Shown: positions 23,203 to 35,804 of the stretch, in pieces | How positions within the stretch are numbered: the first letter of the stretch is position 1 | Layout: every line of letters begins with the position of its first letter | From: Lama glama | Taxonomy: Eukaryota | NCBI GenBank assembly: GCA_028534125.1 | Contig: CM052816.1 | Span: forward strand, 43,712,001 to 43,776,000 | DNA length: 64,000 bases | Direction of reading: 5' to 3' | Position numbers and translations under genes: made by a program | The notes under the pieces: model-generated | Databases searched by the model: none | The model's input: the letters and a program-made list of their open reading frames with translations, nothing else | Told to the model about the DNA's origin: nothing

Positions 23203-26200
23203 AACTCCACCGTGCCTCACACACAACACATGGACAGGGGCCAGTAACAGCGAATTACTGGTGGCAGAATTTCAGTACTTCTTACAATGCACCTGTCCTC
23301 CCTGTATGCTTCTAGCTTTCTTCCTCTTGACTGCTGACCTTCTTAGGTTTGTTTACATGTTTATATATGTCACCTAGCTATAACAGGTGGCTTTGCTTTT
23401 CCTGCTTTTCCCCTTAGGCGTTCCCTCTCCTTTTACTCAGCACTTAAACACTGCCTTTGGCCTGCCTCGCTTGCACCCTAGCTTGGCTTGTCCCTGCACA
23501 GTCAGACCAAACAGTATCGATATTCCAGCACAAGACAGCGTGGACAGTGTGGGGTTAGAACCACCCACGTCATATATATGGGCATATTTACAACTGTCAG
23601 TGAGCAAGACGAAGTAGGATTATGAGAGGAGAAAAGGCTTTCGACAAAAGTGCCATGGAGATGCATCCCTTAGTTATATGTGACTAAGGTTTTTACTTCC
23701 TTAATTAACACCAGAACAATAACTTTTATTATTTGTGGTTTTCTTACTTGCAGCCATGCCTAGGTAAACCCTTTAGCTTAGTTTGGAATGTTTAGGCCAT
23801 CATATTTTATTGGTCATCCATAACCCATCTATTTAAAACATCATTTAAAAATAAAATACAGTATTATTATTGTCAGGTGGACTCAAATGATAATTTAGAT
23901 TGCAATTCTGGAGTCTGCGGTTGCAGGCCAGGATGCAGCAGCCATTACAAAAGGGCATCTCATTAAGAGTTGCCCCTTTCTGGTTGTACCACGTGGCATA
24001 ATTGCATTTTCGGTAATGTATTGTAACAGGAAAATTAGTAACAGTCTCCTACCACACCCGTGAGACTGTGGCTTCTTTGGTTCAGATGTCAAGTTATCTA
24101 GTACTTTTTTGATAACATCAATAAGGCTTCATTCAATGCAGTCTACATAACAACTATCCAGTAAAATCTTAGCATTTCTAAGTACCTTAAAATTTGGGTT
24201 TCTCCTAAGTTATTTCCATTCTACGCTCTCATCCTTTTTCAGTCTCTACTCCTTTTCTCCTTCTATGCTACTGTCATCTATTTGCTTATTTGTTTTCGCT
24301 CTTTCTGCTTCAAAGGGAGAAAGTTGACCCATATCCTTAACATTTCAAATAGTAACCCCTGGAGACAGAGATTCAGCTCCTTATCTTCTTGAGTGAACTG
24401 CGGTAGTTCAGTAAAATTATCTGCTTTATCTCCTTCTATGATCAGTGTTCTAGATTGTTGGCTGTCTGCTTATCTTGCCCCAATTCATCATCAGGGAGGA
24501 TTCATTACGTAGTAGATAAGGTCAGCCAGTTTATCTAGCACAAAATCTGGGATCCAAGCCTTCTCAACTAGTAACATAGCTAAGTAGGAATTATGCTCTT
24601 TTAATCTTTACATGCTGTATGCGTTTTTACTCACAAGTTTTATTTATTCACTAGAATATATCATGACTGCAATAGACTTGAACATCACCATTAGAGTTGT
24701 TATCTGTGACCAACTCTGCAAAAAAGAATCCAGTTTCTTTAAAGGACTGACCTTGGCAAAAAGCCTTCAGGTTAAGTATGAATAACATCGTTTGTTATCT
24801 CTTTGCCTGGTCCAGAGTGAAGGCAGGCAAATTTCCTTTGTGATTTTTCTCTCGTAATTTCTGTGGCTATTCTTTTCCCTTTTTATGGCTTAGTTTTTCT
24901 TCTCTTTGTCTAATAAGCCTCTGTCCTCTGTGGACCCACACTTTCAACCTGGGAGATACGAGTCTAAAAAAATTATTTCTGTTAAGAAAGTCAGTTCAGA
25001 ATATTATTATCATCCCATAGAAATCCTACATCCTATGTTGTAAAGGATGTATCTACAGTAGGCATTCTTAACACAAAATAAGGAAACTCTAAAAGAAAAA
25101 ATGTGAGATTTTAGGGTAAGTTCCTGTGCCCAGGGGCCACTGTTCAAGTAATATTGTCACTTTGTCCCTTCAGAAAATGAAACCAGCCTAACAAAGTCTT
25201 GCTTGGGTTCCTTGTGGTCTGGAGGACTCTTAGGCTGAGCGAGAGCATGTAGGTGTAGAATTATTTTATTGCTCCTGGTTTCTGCTGCAGCTTTGGAACT
25301 CCCTGGGGGTGTTTTACACCTATTAATAAAAAGATAGGACAAAATTGAATAATGGTGTCTGTTTCCATAAAAAGGAAATAAGGCTCAATGGACCCTGTTC
25401 CCAAAGTGCTTTTCATAAATAACAAGAAATTAATGCCCACCACTAATATTCTAGTCTTTTTATTTTAAGACTAGAATCATATTTTCCAGTTAATAGTGAC
25501 CTATTTTTGAGAAAGATTCTCATCTTATTCTAAACCTTTAGGGAGATAATTACCACACACTGGGACCTCTAATCTTAGCAAACAGAGGGACCTGTCCATT
25601 GCGATCATAAGTTTGCTGCAAAGCATGCATTTTATCTCTCCCCACTACTTGCACCGCCCTCTTCAGTGTGGCTGATTAAGGTGTCCCACAGGGGATGGCA
25701 ACTTTTTACCTGGTTGTATCAATAGCTCTGCTTTATGCCTGGGTTGCCACCTGCAGTTTCCTCTGTAAGCAGTGCTTCACAAATGTACACACCCACTGGT
25801 CATAATGGACACACACAGGATGCACATAGAGGCCGCTGTTGAACTTGAAAGAAAAAAGAACCCTAAAAGCAACATAGCCCAATTATCTAGATCTGCAATG
25901 TAATTTTTGTATGCAAAAAAAATAGCCTATTTTCCTTGATGATCAACAGGGAGCTTGCTGTATTTCACTGCACTCACACCTCTGAAAGCAAATTCATTTA
26001 TGCTGCTTCAGCTTATGAAAGATGAGGTTATGTCTTTTAGGAGTAAGCTCAGGTGAGAAATGCATAGGGATGTAATTTTTATTTTAAAAATACCTACTTC
26101 ACATGGTACATATCAGAATGTAATATGAATGCACAGATGATGGTAAATTGGAATGGTAGCACTTGATAGTGATGTTAAAAGGTCAGAATCCCAAATTTCA

Positions 26201-26251
26201 AAGGGCGTGGGACTCAAAATAACAATGGCTGCAAAGTAAAAAAATACTCCA

Positions 26252-26345
26252 TATTACTTGTCTGTTGCTGTGCAATTAATATCCCTACAAACTTAGCAAT
26301 GAACACAACACATTCTTTATCCCCAGTGTCTATAGGTTAGGGAGT
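26252..26345 (-). mobile_element. MLT1-type LTR fragment
   Basis: TATTACTTGTCTGTTGCTGTGCAA…AAACTTAGCAATGAACACAACACATTCTTTATC…GGTTAGGGA resembles an MLT1 LTR end. Confidence 0.55.
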
Positions 26346-26619
26346 CTTCTCTCAAAATAAACATTATAATTCATGTAATATAATCACATACACATGATCA
26401 TGTACATCTTAACCATAAAAAACAGAAATCGAATCAAATGAACTCAGCAGCATGGTGAATAAAACTATCTGTGTAAATTACTATACACAGAAAGTGCTCA
26501 GTAACTGTACTTAATCAGATAAAAATCTTGTTGCAGACACATTTTTAAGCTAAATTCTTAAAAGATCAGCGAGGGTATTTGTGGTCTTACAGAACAAATG
26601 GATAAAGAATGGATTAAGT

Positions 26620-26767
26620 CAGTGGGTCTCAAACTTTTCTGATCTTGAGAAGCTCCCAAGGTGCTTGTTAAACTACACATTCCTACGTCCTGTTCTTGGA
26701 TATTAGGATTACGTAGGTATGATTAGAGTTGGTGATTCTTATGGTCAAAGAGCTTTGGGAAAAACTG
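26620..26767. mobile_element. MER5-family hAT MITE
   Basis: Termini CAGTGGGTCTCAAACTT … TTTGGGAAAAACTG; internal GTGCTTGTTAAA…CACATTCCT and GGTGATTCTTATG. Confidence 0.75.
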
Positions 26768-27561
26768 GTTCAAAGAAACTGTTAGAAACTGTTCTGCAAA
26801 GTGAATGGGTGCAATAAATTAAAGAATAACTGACCATGATTACATATGAATTATTAAGGATGTTGAATTGATGGTATCATTTGAAATCTAAAACAGGTCT
26901 ATATGGCAGAATGTGAGGTGAGTGGTGTATAACCTTGTTCTTTACTAGTTGGTAGGAAGTCGAGGGGAAGAGTGGCCGGAATTGGTGATCTCCCAAAGGA
27001 GGATTAGAATTGTTTAGCTGTGAAAGAAAAAAAAAAAAGCTCAGGGCAAAAGATTTAGCAGAGGAGATACAGAGAAGCAAAACTGAGGGTTTCATACATG
27101 GGAAAATGGATACAGATACCTTTCTATGCTTAACAGAGGGAATGAGGCACGGAAATGATGAGATCAGATACAAGGGAAGAGGGTATCACAGTATTGGTCC
27201 ATGTGACGGGAAGGGCCAAGCTAGGGGTAGAAATGAACCAGCAAGTCTCCAAGGGGGAGCTCGGTTAGGCTTGTTTGGAATCTCAGGAACGTTGTATCTG
27301 AAGAAGACAGGCTGAGCATAGGTGATTGTAAAGGACACAACTTGATGCTGGCAGACAGTATGAGTGTTTCACTCACCTAAAATATTGAGAAATGAAGCCA
27401 AGCAAAAATTGTCCAGAAAAGTCCAGACATCTTTGAATTCCAGATCACACAGAGCACTATAACATTTTATTTCAGTCCTATTGTCTGTAAAGTTATGTTT
27501 TCTGTGTTACATTTGAAAATTAGAAAAAAATATCCTCATTCTCCTAGACATTTCTTCCTAT

Positions 27562-27594
27562 CTTTTCTTTCTTTCTTTCTTTCTTTTTTTTTTT
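27562..27594. repeat. (TTTC)n plus poly-T tract
   Basis: Read directly. Confidence 0.85.
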
Positions 27595-29371
27595 GTATAC
27601 TGCATATGGCAGGTTAAAAGGGCTGAGCTGTGTTGATTAACTATCCAAATGTTTAATCAATACAGCAATAGCAAGATGCATTCTGGCTGTGAAAGACCTT
27701 GGAAAGGTCCCACTTGCCTTATCCTCACCCCCAAGTGGGACATCAATGAACTATTACATGGTCCTTGCATATCAATGCAGTAGGGCTTAGACAAATACAA
27801 TGTTAATGGATAATTGTGGGTCACCTTGTCAAAATATGTTAAATGCCCCTTGAGTACGTTTTTCCCCCCCTATTAAAAATGACAGTAAACTGTGACCTTG
27901 TGGATATCATCCATGCTTTCAGGAAGCAAATATTATTATTCAATCTGCAACAGGTTCATTGATTTATGAGTCAAAAAATTCATTAGGACTAAATTATAAA
28001 GCACATTTTCTGTGTTGATACAACCCACAGTAATTGTGTGACAAAGTGCTAACCCGCCTTACTTTGGTCTGGACAAAATACCTTTGTGAACATTCATTCA
28101 GAAAACATGCATAGGGGCAGCTTCTAGCAGAATGACTCATAAGTGAGGCCTGTGTCCCCGGATGTCTGGGATGTCGACATAGCACAGAGTCAGGGAAAGT
28201 TCACTAGCTGACCAAGGTCCTGGGATGCTGGCCAAGAATACGCCATCTGTCAGCACGGTGGTCCGTGCCGGAAGCTGGCGCCTGGGACTCCTGCCCCCCA
28301 CTCAGTCTATTCACAGTGCCGAGAACACCCACCCGGACCCTCCTCTGCTTCTGGTGCTGTCAGAGGACAGAGGCTTGCTTGTCATCTGGTGCCATGAGTC
28401 ACAGGGAGACGAACTGTGGCACTTGGTGCTCCTGGATTCCAAGTGCGCTTCGGCAGCATGACACACGGGTGGAACGGGTTAGGCTGGCAGTCACGTTGGA
28501 GGTTTGCTTTTTTCTTTGCTAAAAAACAGTGTTTAGGAGGCTGCTGAAACGAAGATTCGATGGCCAAGAATGTAGATTATGCAGAGAGTGTCAGAATTTA
28601 TTTGTCATTTTATCGTTTGTTACTACTGAGCCTAAGATAATGTTCAGTTGAAACCAAGATAAAAATGACATAATTGGCCACATTTTTTTTCTTTACTACG
28701 AAACTCATTTTTTTCTCCTCTGAGAAAGAATGCAAAAATATTTAAAACTATAGGTTGTATGCTATGAGATGCATGAATATAGAAAGCATTATGCCGCTTT
28801 AATGGGTCATGGAAAGAAAATACGTTGTACAAATATGACGTACACATTCAGAATGTGTAATAAAGGACAGTGTCATCTTTAAAAATGAAAGAAAACAGCA
28901 TAAATAACTAAAGTGAGAAACCTCTTAACATGTCGGTGGTTTCATTAGAGGAATAGTTCCACTTTGTATACACATCTTCCGTTTACCTCTGGGCACTCGA
29001 GTATCAAGGAACAATTTTACACATTATAATGAAATGGAATAAACATTTCAATTTAAAACTTCACTGTGTGGTGGGAATTTATTCTATCAGAGTACCCAGG
29101 TAAGGTACACCACTCTTGAGCACATATAATTTGTTGTTGCAGATCGCACAGGAACACTCATGTGCAGTTCTGAGCATGGAGGACTTACATGACCTTCCCT
29201 TTGAGGACCTCATTCTGTGTCATTGCAGTATTTCACCCCCCACATGTTTCTGGTTGCTCGTCTGAATCCTTTGAGAGGTAGAGATGAACACACAAAACAG
29301 ACCCGTGCTTATGAGCATAGACCATGCAGTGACAGCCAGATTCTTCTTCCCTAGGTATCGTAGACAAGTGG

Positions 29372-29557
29372 ATGCTTAGCGTTGGAAGAGAGCCTAGATC
29401 TCATCAAATTGAAATTCCTTCCTTTTTTAGATAAGAACACTGAGGTGCACAGATGTTAAGTGACTTAACCCAAGGCCACACAGCAAGGGAATGACAGAAC
29501 AAGGACACATGAAAACTCTTTTTTTGGTAACTCTCCACTATATTACGCAGCTTTCTT
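29372..29557 (-). mobile_element. MIR SINE
   Basis: TTTAGATAAGAACACTGAGGTGCACAGATGTTAAGTGACTTAACCCAAGGCCACACAGC (antisense core). Confidence 0.85.
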
Positions 29558-29687
29558 CAAAGGTAGCCTCCCCCCAACTAAATCATATCATGTTCTAAGC
29601 AAGCGGAAGATGGTGGCAGCTGCCGCCACCACCGACCGCTGTGTCTCCTGCTTTAATTTTTGCTTTTGCTATGTCAGCTAACATCTC

Positions 29688-29960
29688 TTGAGGAATTACT
29701 TCCAGGCATATTCTTGGGGTTCTCTATGTATAATAATTCATTTAATCTTCAAATGAGGCTATTATGTATTTTTTTATAGATGAGGCACTATCACTTTTCT
29801 CCTCCTCTAACCCCTCTTTCTTCCTCTTCCTTCTCCTTTTTTTTTTTTTTTGGTAGACAGGAAAACTAAGGCTAAAATATTCCACAAACTGCTCAATGTC
29901 CCAAGCTGGTAAAGGGTGGCCCAGGGATTCTAACCAAGGCACCTGGCTTCAGAGATTATT
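29688..29960 (-). mobile_element. MIR SINE with internal pyrimidine/poly-T tract
   Basis: TTCATTTAATCTTCA…; TAGACAGGAAAACTAAGGCT…AAGCTGGTAAAGGGTGGCCCAGGGATTCTAACCAAGGC; CT-rich/poly-T at about 29790-29851. Confidence 0.65.
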
Positions 29961-31151
29961 CTTTTCATCACTAAGAGATGGAGTTTCTTTTTCTCCAGTA
30001 AATGGGGATTTTCCGGTCACTGGTTCTGTTCCTCTCCAGTACCATTTGTCAGAAACAGCAGGAAGGAAGAGACGACACCAATAGCAGCAGTAGCTCTTCA
30101 CCGCTCAGCCCCTGGGTGTGGCTCTGTCGCACACATTCTCTTTTTCAGAAGACCCCTGGTCCATACTTCCCTAGCTGCTACTAGAGGTTATCTTTGGATG
30201 CAAGCTGTGTCATATATCATTTGATTCTTCCCACCCCCATCCTCAACTCTGAAACTCACTTGCCTTTTCAACAGATGATCACGTGGCTAACAGCATTTAA
30301 ATGTTGCTTTTATGAAGCCAGTATTAAGCATTCCAAATTAGTGGTGGTAATGTAGAGGCATCTTTTCATTATATAATTTTAATTCTCACAGAAAAATATC
30401 TTCCTTAAGTAAGTCGTTATGCTTAAATATAAGAAAGTTGTCTGGTCAATTATATCATTTAAAGTTTTATTAGGACCAATATTTTACTCTTATTGACAGT
30501 TGGTATATTCTATGTAGTTGGGTTGGGATTAAAATGATTACATTGAGTCACTTGAGAAACTAACTCTCCTGTGGGCACAACTGCTCAGAGTAGTGGTCTG
30601 GGAACAGATTCCAGAACAGAAGAAAAGAAGCTGTTTTTTAGAGATGATTTAGTGTTCTTCACATTATTTTTTTAAATAAGTGAGATAGGATAATATTATC
30701 CCTGATAAAATCATCAATCTTTGTGGCTTTTCATGTTATTTTAATTTAATTTTTTTCTGGAATCTCTATGAGGAATTTTTATTTTTCCTTTCTGGTTCCT
30801 TTTTCTTTTCTCACCTTCATTTGGTCAGGGAATCATAATAAAAATCTCTGAGAAATTCCAATTTCCCATAATTTCCATTTAAAAGATTCAGCTACTCAAT
30901 TATTTGAGACTTCTCTGGTATGTCTTATTGACAGAGTGCTTGGCAATTAGATCATTAAAATAAAATGGTGCTCACTAATTTCATTACTTTTAAATATCAG
31001 TCAAATAATAGGAATGACATTCGTAATACATTAAAATTTAAATTGCTTATGCTCTTCAGAAATGAGACAGAAAAGTCTGCATGATTCAAATTGTCTAATA
31101 TTCAATATTAGTTTACTGAACAAGTTAATCACAAGCATAGTTATTGATATG

Positions 31152-31190
31152 CTATATTGATATATGTAAATACTATATTGATATATGTAA
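31152..31190. repeat. 21-bp tandem duplication
   Basis: CTATATTGATATATGTAAATA then CTATATTGATATATGTAA. Confidence 0.85.
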
Positions 31191-31524
31191 TTATCATTCT
31201 CTACTTTCTCGTGGTACAGGGTTTATATTAAAGAAAACTGAGCATCTGTTTAGTATGCATTTCCAGATTTGACAACAGTTTGTTAAGGAAAATAGATTTG
31301 CAAACTCACTACTTTGGAAATATAAAAAAAAAACAAACATGCCATGGATTCCTGCTTCAGCATAGATTAGAGCTGTCTTCTTGTAATCGCTTAAGGTCTG
31401 GAAAGCGAATTTACTGCTAGGCAGATAAGAGAATTTCTACTTCAACGATAACAACAAAAACCTATAAAAACCTCTGCTGTTGTTCTGTTTAGTTATTAAT
31501 ACATTTGACACATAGATTCCTGTG

Positions 31525-31552
31525 ATTTGTAGGTGAAAATTTGTAGGTGAAA
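31525..31552. repeat. 14-bp perfect tandem duplication
   Basis: ATTTGTAGGTGAAA x2. Confidence 0.85.
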
Positions 31553-33858
31553 TACTGATGTGGACCTTTGTTGAACTGGCTTTATAAACTTGGATGGTGA
31601 TTTCAGGGGTACTACTGGCTCGCTCAGCTATGTTTTGTGTGAAAAGAGTCACAGAACTACTTGTAAAATAATCTTGCAATATTTGCTTTTTCTCTCTTTC
31701 CCAATTCCCTTTTTCAACAAGAAAATTATTAGTGATGTTCTGCTTTCACCTTCGTGAAAACTTTCAGTGGAAGAAGCACAAGGAAGTAATAATTTGAACT
31801 TACACTCCATTTATTTTCAAGAAATCCAGAGGAAAACTAAGGATGCTTTAGTCCTTAAGTTTCCTTTGTCCTCTTAATAGTCCTCGAAATGAGCGGGAAG
31901 TCACTTCTTAGTGTTTTATGACCAGGAGAACAGAGTAACAGGGACAAAAGTGATCAGCAGCAGATACGGTCAAGGATGCGTGGCTCTCAGCTTTCGGCGT
32001 CTGTGCTCCATCAGCCAAACTGTGTGCTTCCCGAGGAAAGACCTGAGTGAGTGGTGGAGCCACTGATATTCTCGTTCTTATTGTGAACCAGAGAAAAATA
32101 CATGATTTACCTTTTTATTATGTACTGAACTTTCATCATAAAGCATGTGGATTCTTCTAGACTTAGCCAGCCAAGGATTAATGTTAGAAAATGATTCTTT
32201 AATCATTCATATAAAATTCAAAAATAGGCAAAAAAAAAAAAAAGAAAAGAAAAGAAAATGAGTCTTGCTTTCCCTGTCCCTCTATTAGAATTAGCCAGGG
32301 CTCTGTGAGAAGGTGGCGGAGGCTGGCACTCAGGAGACGCTATACAATAGGAGAGGTGAGGGATCTTAGTTAAAATATTTGTTTGATCCCCATCAAAGTT
32401 CCCAGATGCCATGGAAAAGTCTTCTTTTACTTTTCTTGACTCTTTCCTTTTTCATCTTCAAAACAGTGGAGGGAGTAAAACTCTCCAGCTTCTTTTAACC
32501 CACAGGCATTCAGTGTAAGGTCCATAACCTGCAATATTTCTTAAAAGTTGTATCGGTTTGGCCAACCTGAATTCTTCCCTGTTCTCCTTCATCCTCCATG
32601 TGTAACTATTCTACGTTATCAGTCCCCAGAATGAAAGATAACGCTGAGCTGCTCTGTGAGGTGAGACGTTGTTTTTGTCAGAAAAATAATTTGGGCCAGA
32701 GCCGTAGAGAATATCTAGTGTGTTTTTAGCATGGAAAAAAGATCATGGGATATGATTTCCTGTGCAAAGACTATTTTTTTTTCAGCAATATATCATGCCT
32801 CTTTCCTCCTGTGTGTGCAAAAGGACCTTCCTTCGTTATGTGTTAGAAGGTGCATAACTCCAGAAGAGATGGAGTTAGATGAAAAAGAGCTATTCTGAAC
32901 TCCACTGATTAAAATAAATGTGCTCATAAAAAAGGCAGGAGAGTAAATTACTACATCCCCAGAATAGCAGTAACTTACACACCAACAAGTTATTTTCGAG
33001 TTTGCCAGAGGAAATAATCTGCTATCAACAAGGGGTAATTGCCTGAGCAAACTCATCTTTACATCTCGCACATACTGTCACCTTGTATAAAAGAGGAGAA
33101 ATGCACTCCATATCAATTCAGAAAAGATTTTCTAAAATATTTTCCTAAAGGTTTCTTCCTTCTCCTAGGCAACGAGAAAGAAAGAGCATGAATACAGTTC
33201 AGAACACATCTAATCTCTGCTCTGCTCCTGCCTTATCATTGAATAGCATCGGAACACACCATGGATTCCGTACCTCAGAGGCCTCGGGGCAAGCTGAGGA
33301 AGGCTCCGTTTAGATTGGGAGAGAAATTCCAATCTGAGGTGGACCTAAGACCGCCACAGGTGAAACAGGTTAGCTGAGAAACCCTCCAGGAATAAACTGC
33401 TATCATTAGGAAGAAATATCCATGCGATGTTTATGTTCAATTTTACACCAAAAAACAAAAGCAGAGAAGCAGAGGCAGGAGGAAGGAGAAAGAGGATGGT
33501 TAAGCAGGAAAAAGAGAAAGGAGGTCTCTTTTTGAGAATAATATTCTGGGTCTGCATAGAGGACAGAGGAAGATCTTGATGTACAATTAGTACTTCAGTT
33601 CTGCCTTCAGCACGTTCTATTGAACTTGGTAGGTAAAATTTTAATACCTGAGACAGATGGCAGGTGCGTTAAAATTGCTAAGTATTCGACAAGTCACTGC
33701 AGTAGTAGGATGTGTGAGCATGTGTGAATTGGTGAGAAACCAAAGACAATTAGCCTACAGCTCTTTTTTTTTCTGCCCCAAATTTCTCATTTTGTTGAAA
33801 AGATACTTTGAGAGGCCTGGGCTGGTCTTTTCCTTAAGGTGATTTCTATTCACTGGAG

Positions 33859-33977
33859 AAAAATTATCTGAATATGAGACTTGAATATATGCCTACATCT
33901 GCATGTGCACCTTGACTAAAAATTATCTGAAATATGAGACTTGAATATATGCCTACATCTGCATGTGCATCTTGACT
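33859..33977. repeat. 59/60-bp tandem duplication
   Basis: AAAAATTATCTGAATATGAGACTTGAATATATGCCTACATCTGCATGTGCACCTTGACT (33859-33917) repeated at 33918-33977 with one extra A and one C>T. Confidence 0.95.
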
Positions 33978-34369
33978 AGATTTCACATGACATACTGTTA
34001 TAAACATTTATATTGTATTTTTAAAGAAAATATCAATGCTCTCTTTAAATTACAAGATATATATCAGAGAAAACAAAGAATTATCATGCTTCATATTCCT
34101 ATAAAATTTGCATAATATGTTTTGGTGACTAAAAGGATGTTTGAAATTTTTTCCTCCACAAGGAAGAACTTTAAGTCCATGTATACTTTTTGATGATGTT
34201 TTGTGGGGTTGTTTCCCAGGATAGGTGGTATGACTATAAGTAAATGACATTTAAAGAATCAATGCAGATAGACATTTACATTTTTTTGTATTTGTTTAAA
34301 AACCCAAGATTTTTTTTTTCTTTTTTTGTATATTAAAAAATAGAGCATTTGACATCTTGGTTATCGAGT

Positions 34370-34890
34370 TCTTCTTGCAGTCTTTTCTTGCCTTCTTGGA
34401 CACTGCTACCTTATTCTGTTTTCTGGTCCCGTGACTGTCTCTCCTCTATTTTTGTCATGCTTTTCTCTTCCTTACCCCATCCTGCAGGTGGATGTGTCCC
34501 CTGGCCTCCCCCTATAACCCTAGCTTTACTTTCCCTCTCAGTGACTTCGTTCCTACAGCCTCAGTGATCGCTTCCACAAGATGACTTCCAGTCGTCTACT
34601 GTCCGCGACAACAACTCTCTAGAGCCCCATACTCATAGCACCTGCTGCTTGCTGGGTTTTTCTCTCGATGATCGTTCGTGAAACTAAAACCAACACCTTA
34701 TTTCCTAGATGAATCCTGTCTTTTAGCCAAACTGGACTACCCATGACTTCCTTCTGAATGCTGTTACCTGCTCTTGAATCTTCATGCTTTATTTAACTTT
34801 TGCCTAAAATTCCACCATATTTTTACTTATGGAAATACTACTACTCTTTAGGGCCCAACTCAATATTCACCTTTGAGACTCTTCTTTGCA
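34370..34890 (+). mobile_element. LINE-2 fragment (RT/3' region)
   Basis: Pyrimidine-rich L2-like sequence; GATGACTTCCAG resembles the L2 DDSQ region; TAGCCAAACTGGACTAC and GGCCCAACTCAA typical of L2 3' part. Confidence 0.6.
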
Positions 34891-34891
34891 A

Positions 34892-35016
34892 CTTATTGTA
34901 GGACTTTGGAAAAATACCTAAACTGTATGAGCCTTTGTCTCTTCACCTGGAAAATGGAAATAATAATTCCTGTGCTTAGTAAATGAAAATGAACTACTAT
35001 GTAAATATAGTGCTGT
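34892..35016 (+). mobile_element. MIR SINE fragment, interrupted by an LTR
   Basis: GAGCCTTTGTCTCTTCACCTGGAAAATGGAAATAATAATTCCT (MIR core). Confidence 0.65.
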
Positions 35017-35339
35017 TGTTATGGTCTGTTTGTTTCCCCCCACCACCCCAATTCTCACATTGGAAACCTAATCCCCAGGGTGATGGTGTTAGGAGGTTGG
35101 GCCTTTGTCAGAGCCTTCGTGGGTGGGATTAGTGCCACTGTAAGAGAGGTCCCGGAGAGCTAGCTTGTGAGGATACAATGAGAAGTCTGCGATTCAAGAG
35201 GTTCCTCACCCTTCCCCATGCTGGTACCCTCATCTTGGGCTTCTAGTCTCCAGGACTGTGAATCTCCAGGACGTTTCTGTTGTATGTAAGCCTCTCAGTT
35301 TATGGCATTTTGTTAGAGCAGCCCAAATGGGCCAAGACA
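35017..35339 (+). mobile_element. MaLR solo LTR (MLT1A-like)
   Basis: TGTTATGGTCTG…CCTAATCCCCAGGGTGATGGTGTTAGGAGG…GGGATTAGTGCC…TCTCCAGGACTGTGA…AGTTTATGGCATTTTGTTAGAGCAGCCCAAATGGGCCAAGACA. Confidence 0.9.
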
Positions 35340-35589
35340 CATAGGGTGTAATTACTACAGTGACTGAGATGATCAAAATAGAGCACCTTGACAAAGAACT
35401 ACAAGGAAAAGCAAACTTTTGCAAGCCTCATGCAAATTCCTATTATGGTGGAACTTAACCAACCCAGATGATATATGTTTATATGGGCCATTGACTATTA
35501 GTTTTCTTAATTATTAACTTTCTTACTTCTCATTACACTCTAACTTTTGTCACTTACAGCATACAATTTTGTTTGACAGGATAGAGAGG

Positions 35590-35797
35590 AGAAGTAGTTC
35601 AGAGTGTGGACTTGGGGACCAGACTGCTTGAGTTCAGTTTTGGCTCTATCATTAACAGTTCTGTGGTTTGGGGACAAGTCATTTTAACCAATTTGTACCT
35701 CATTTGTAAGTTTTAAGGTTGCGGTGAGGAGTAAATGCATTAATATAGGCAAAGCACATTTTGCATAGTCCTTAGTAAGCATTAGATATTATTATTG
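35590..35797 (+). mobile_element. MIR SINE
   Basis: CAGACTGCTTGAGTTCAG…GGACAAGTCATTTTAACC…GGTTGCGGTGAGGAGTAAATG…TAGTAAGCATT. Confidence 0.8.
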
Positions 35798-35804
35798 TAA
35801 TAGT

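Noticed and set aside
31945..31956. 12-nt match to the miR-153 3' end (ACAAAAGTGATC)
   Set aside because: Seed region absent and no precursor hairpin seen.
33859..33977. CRISPR-like array
   Set aside because: Two abutting copies with no spacer in a mammalian context; no repeat-spacer array seen anywhere.
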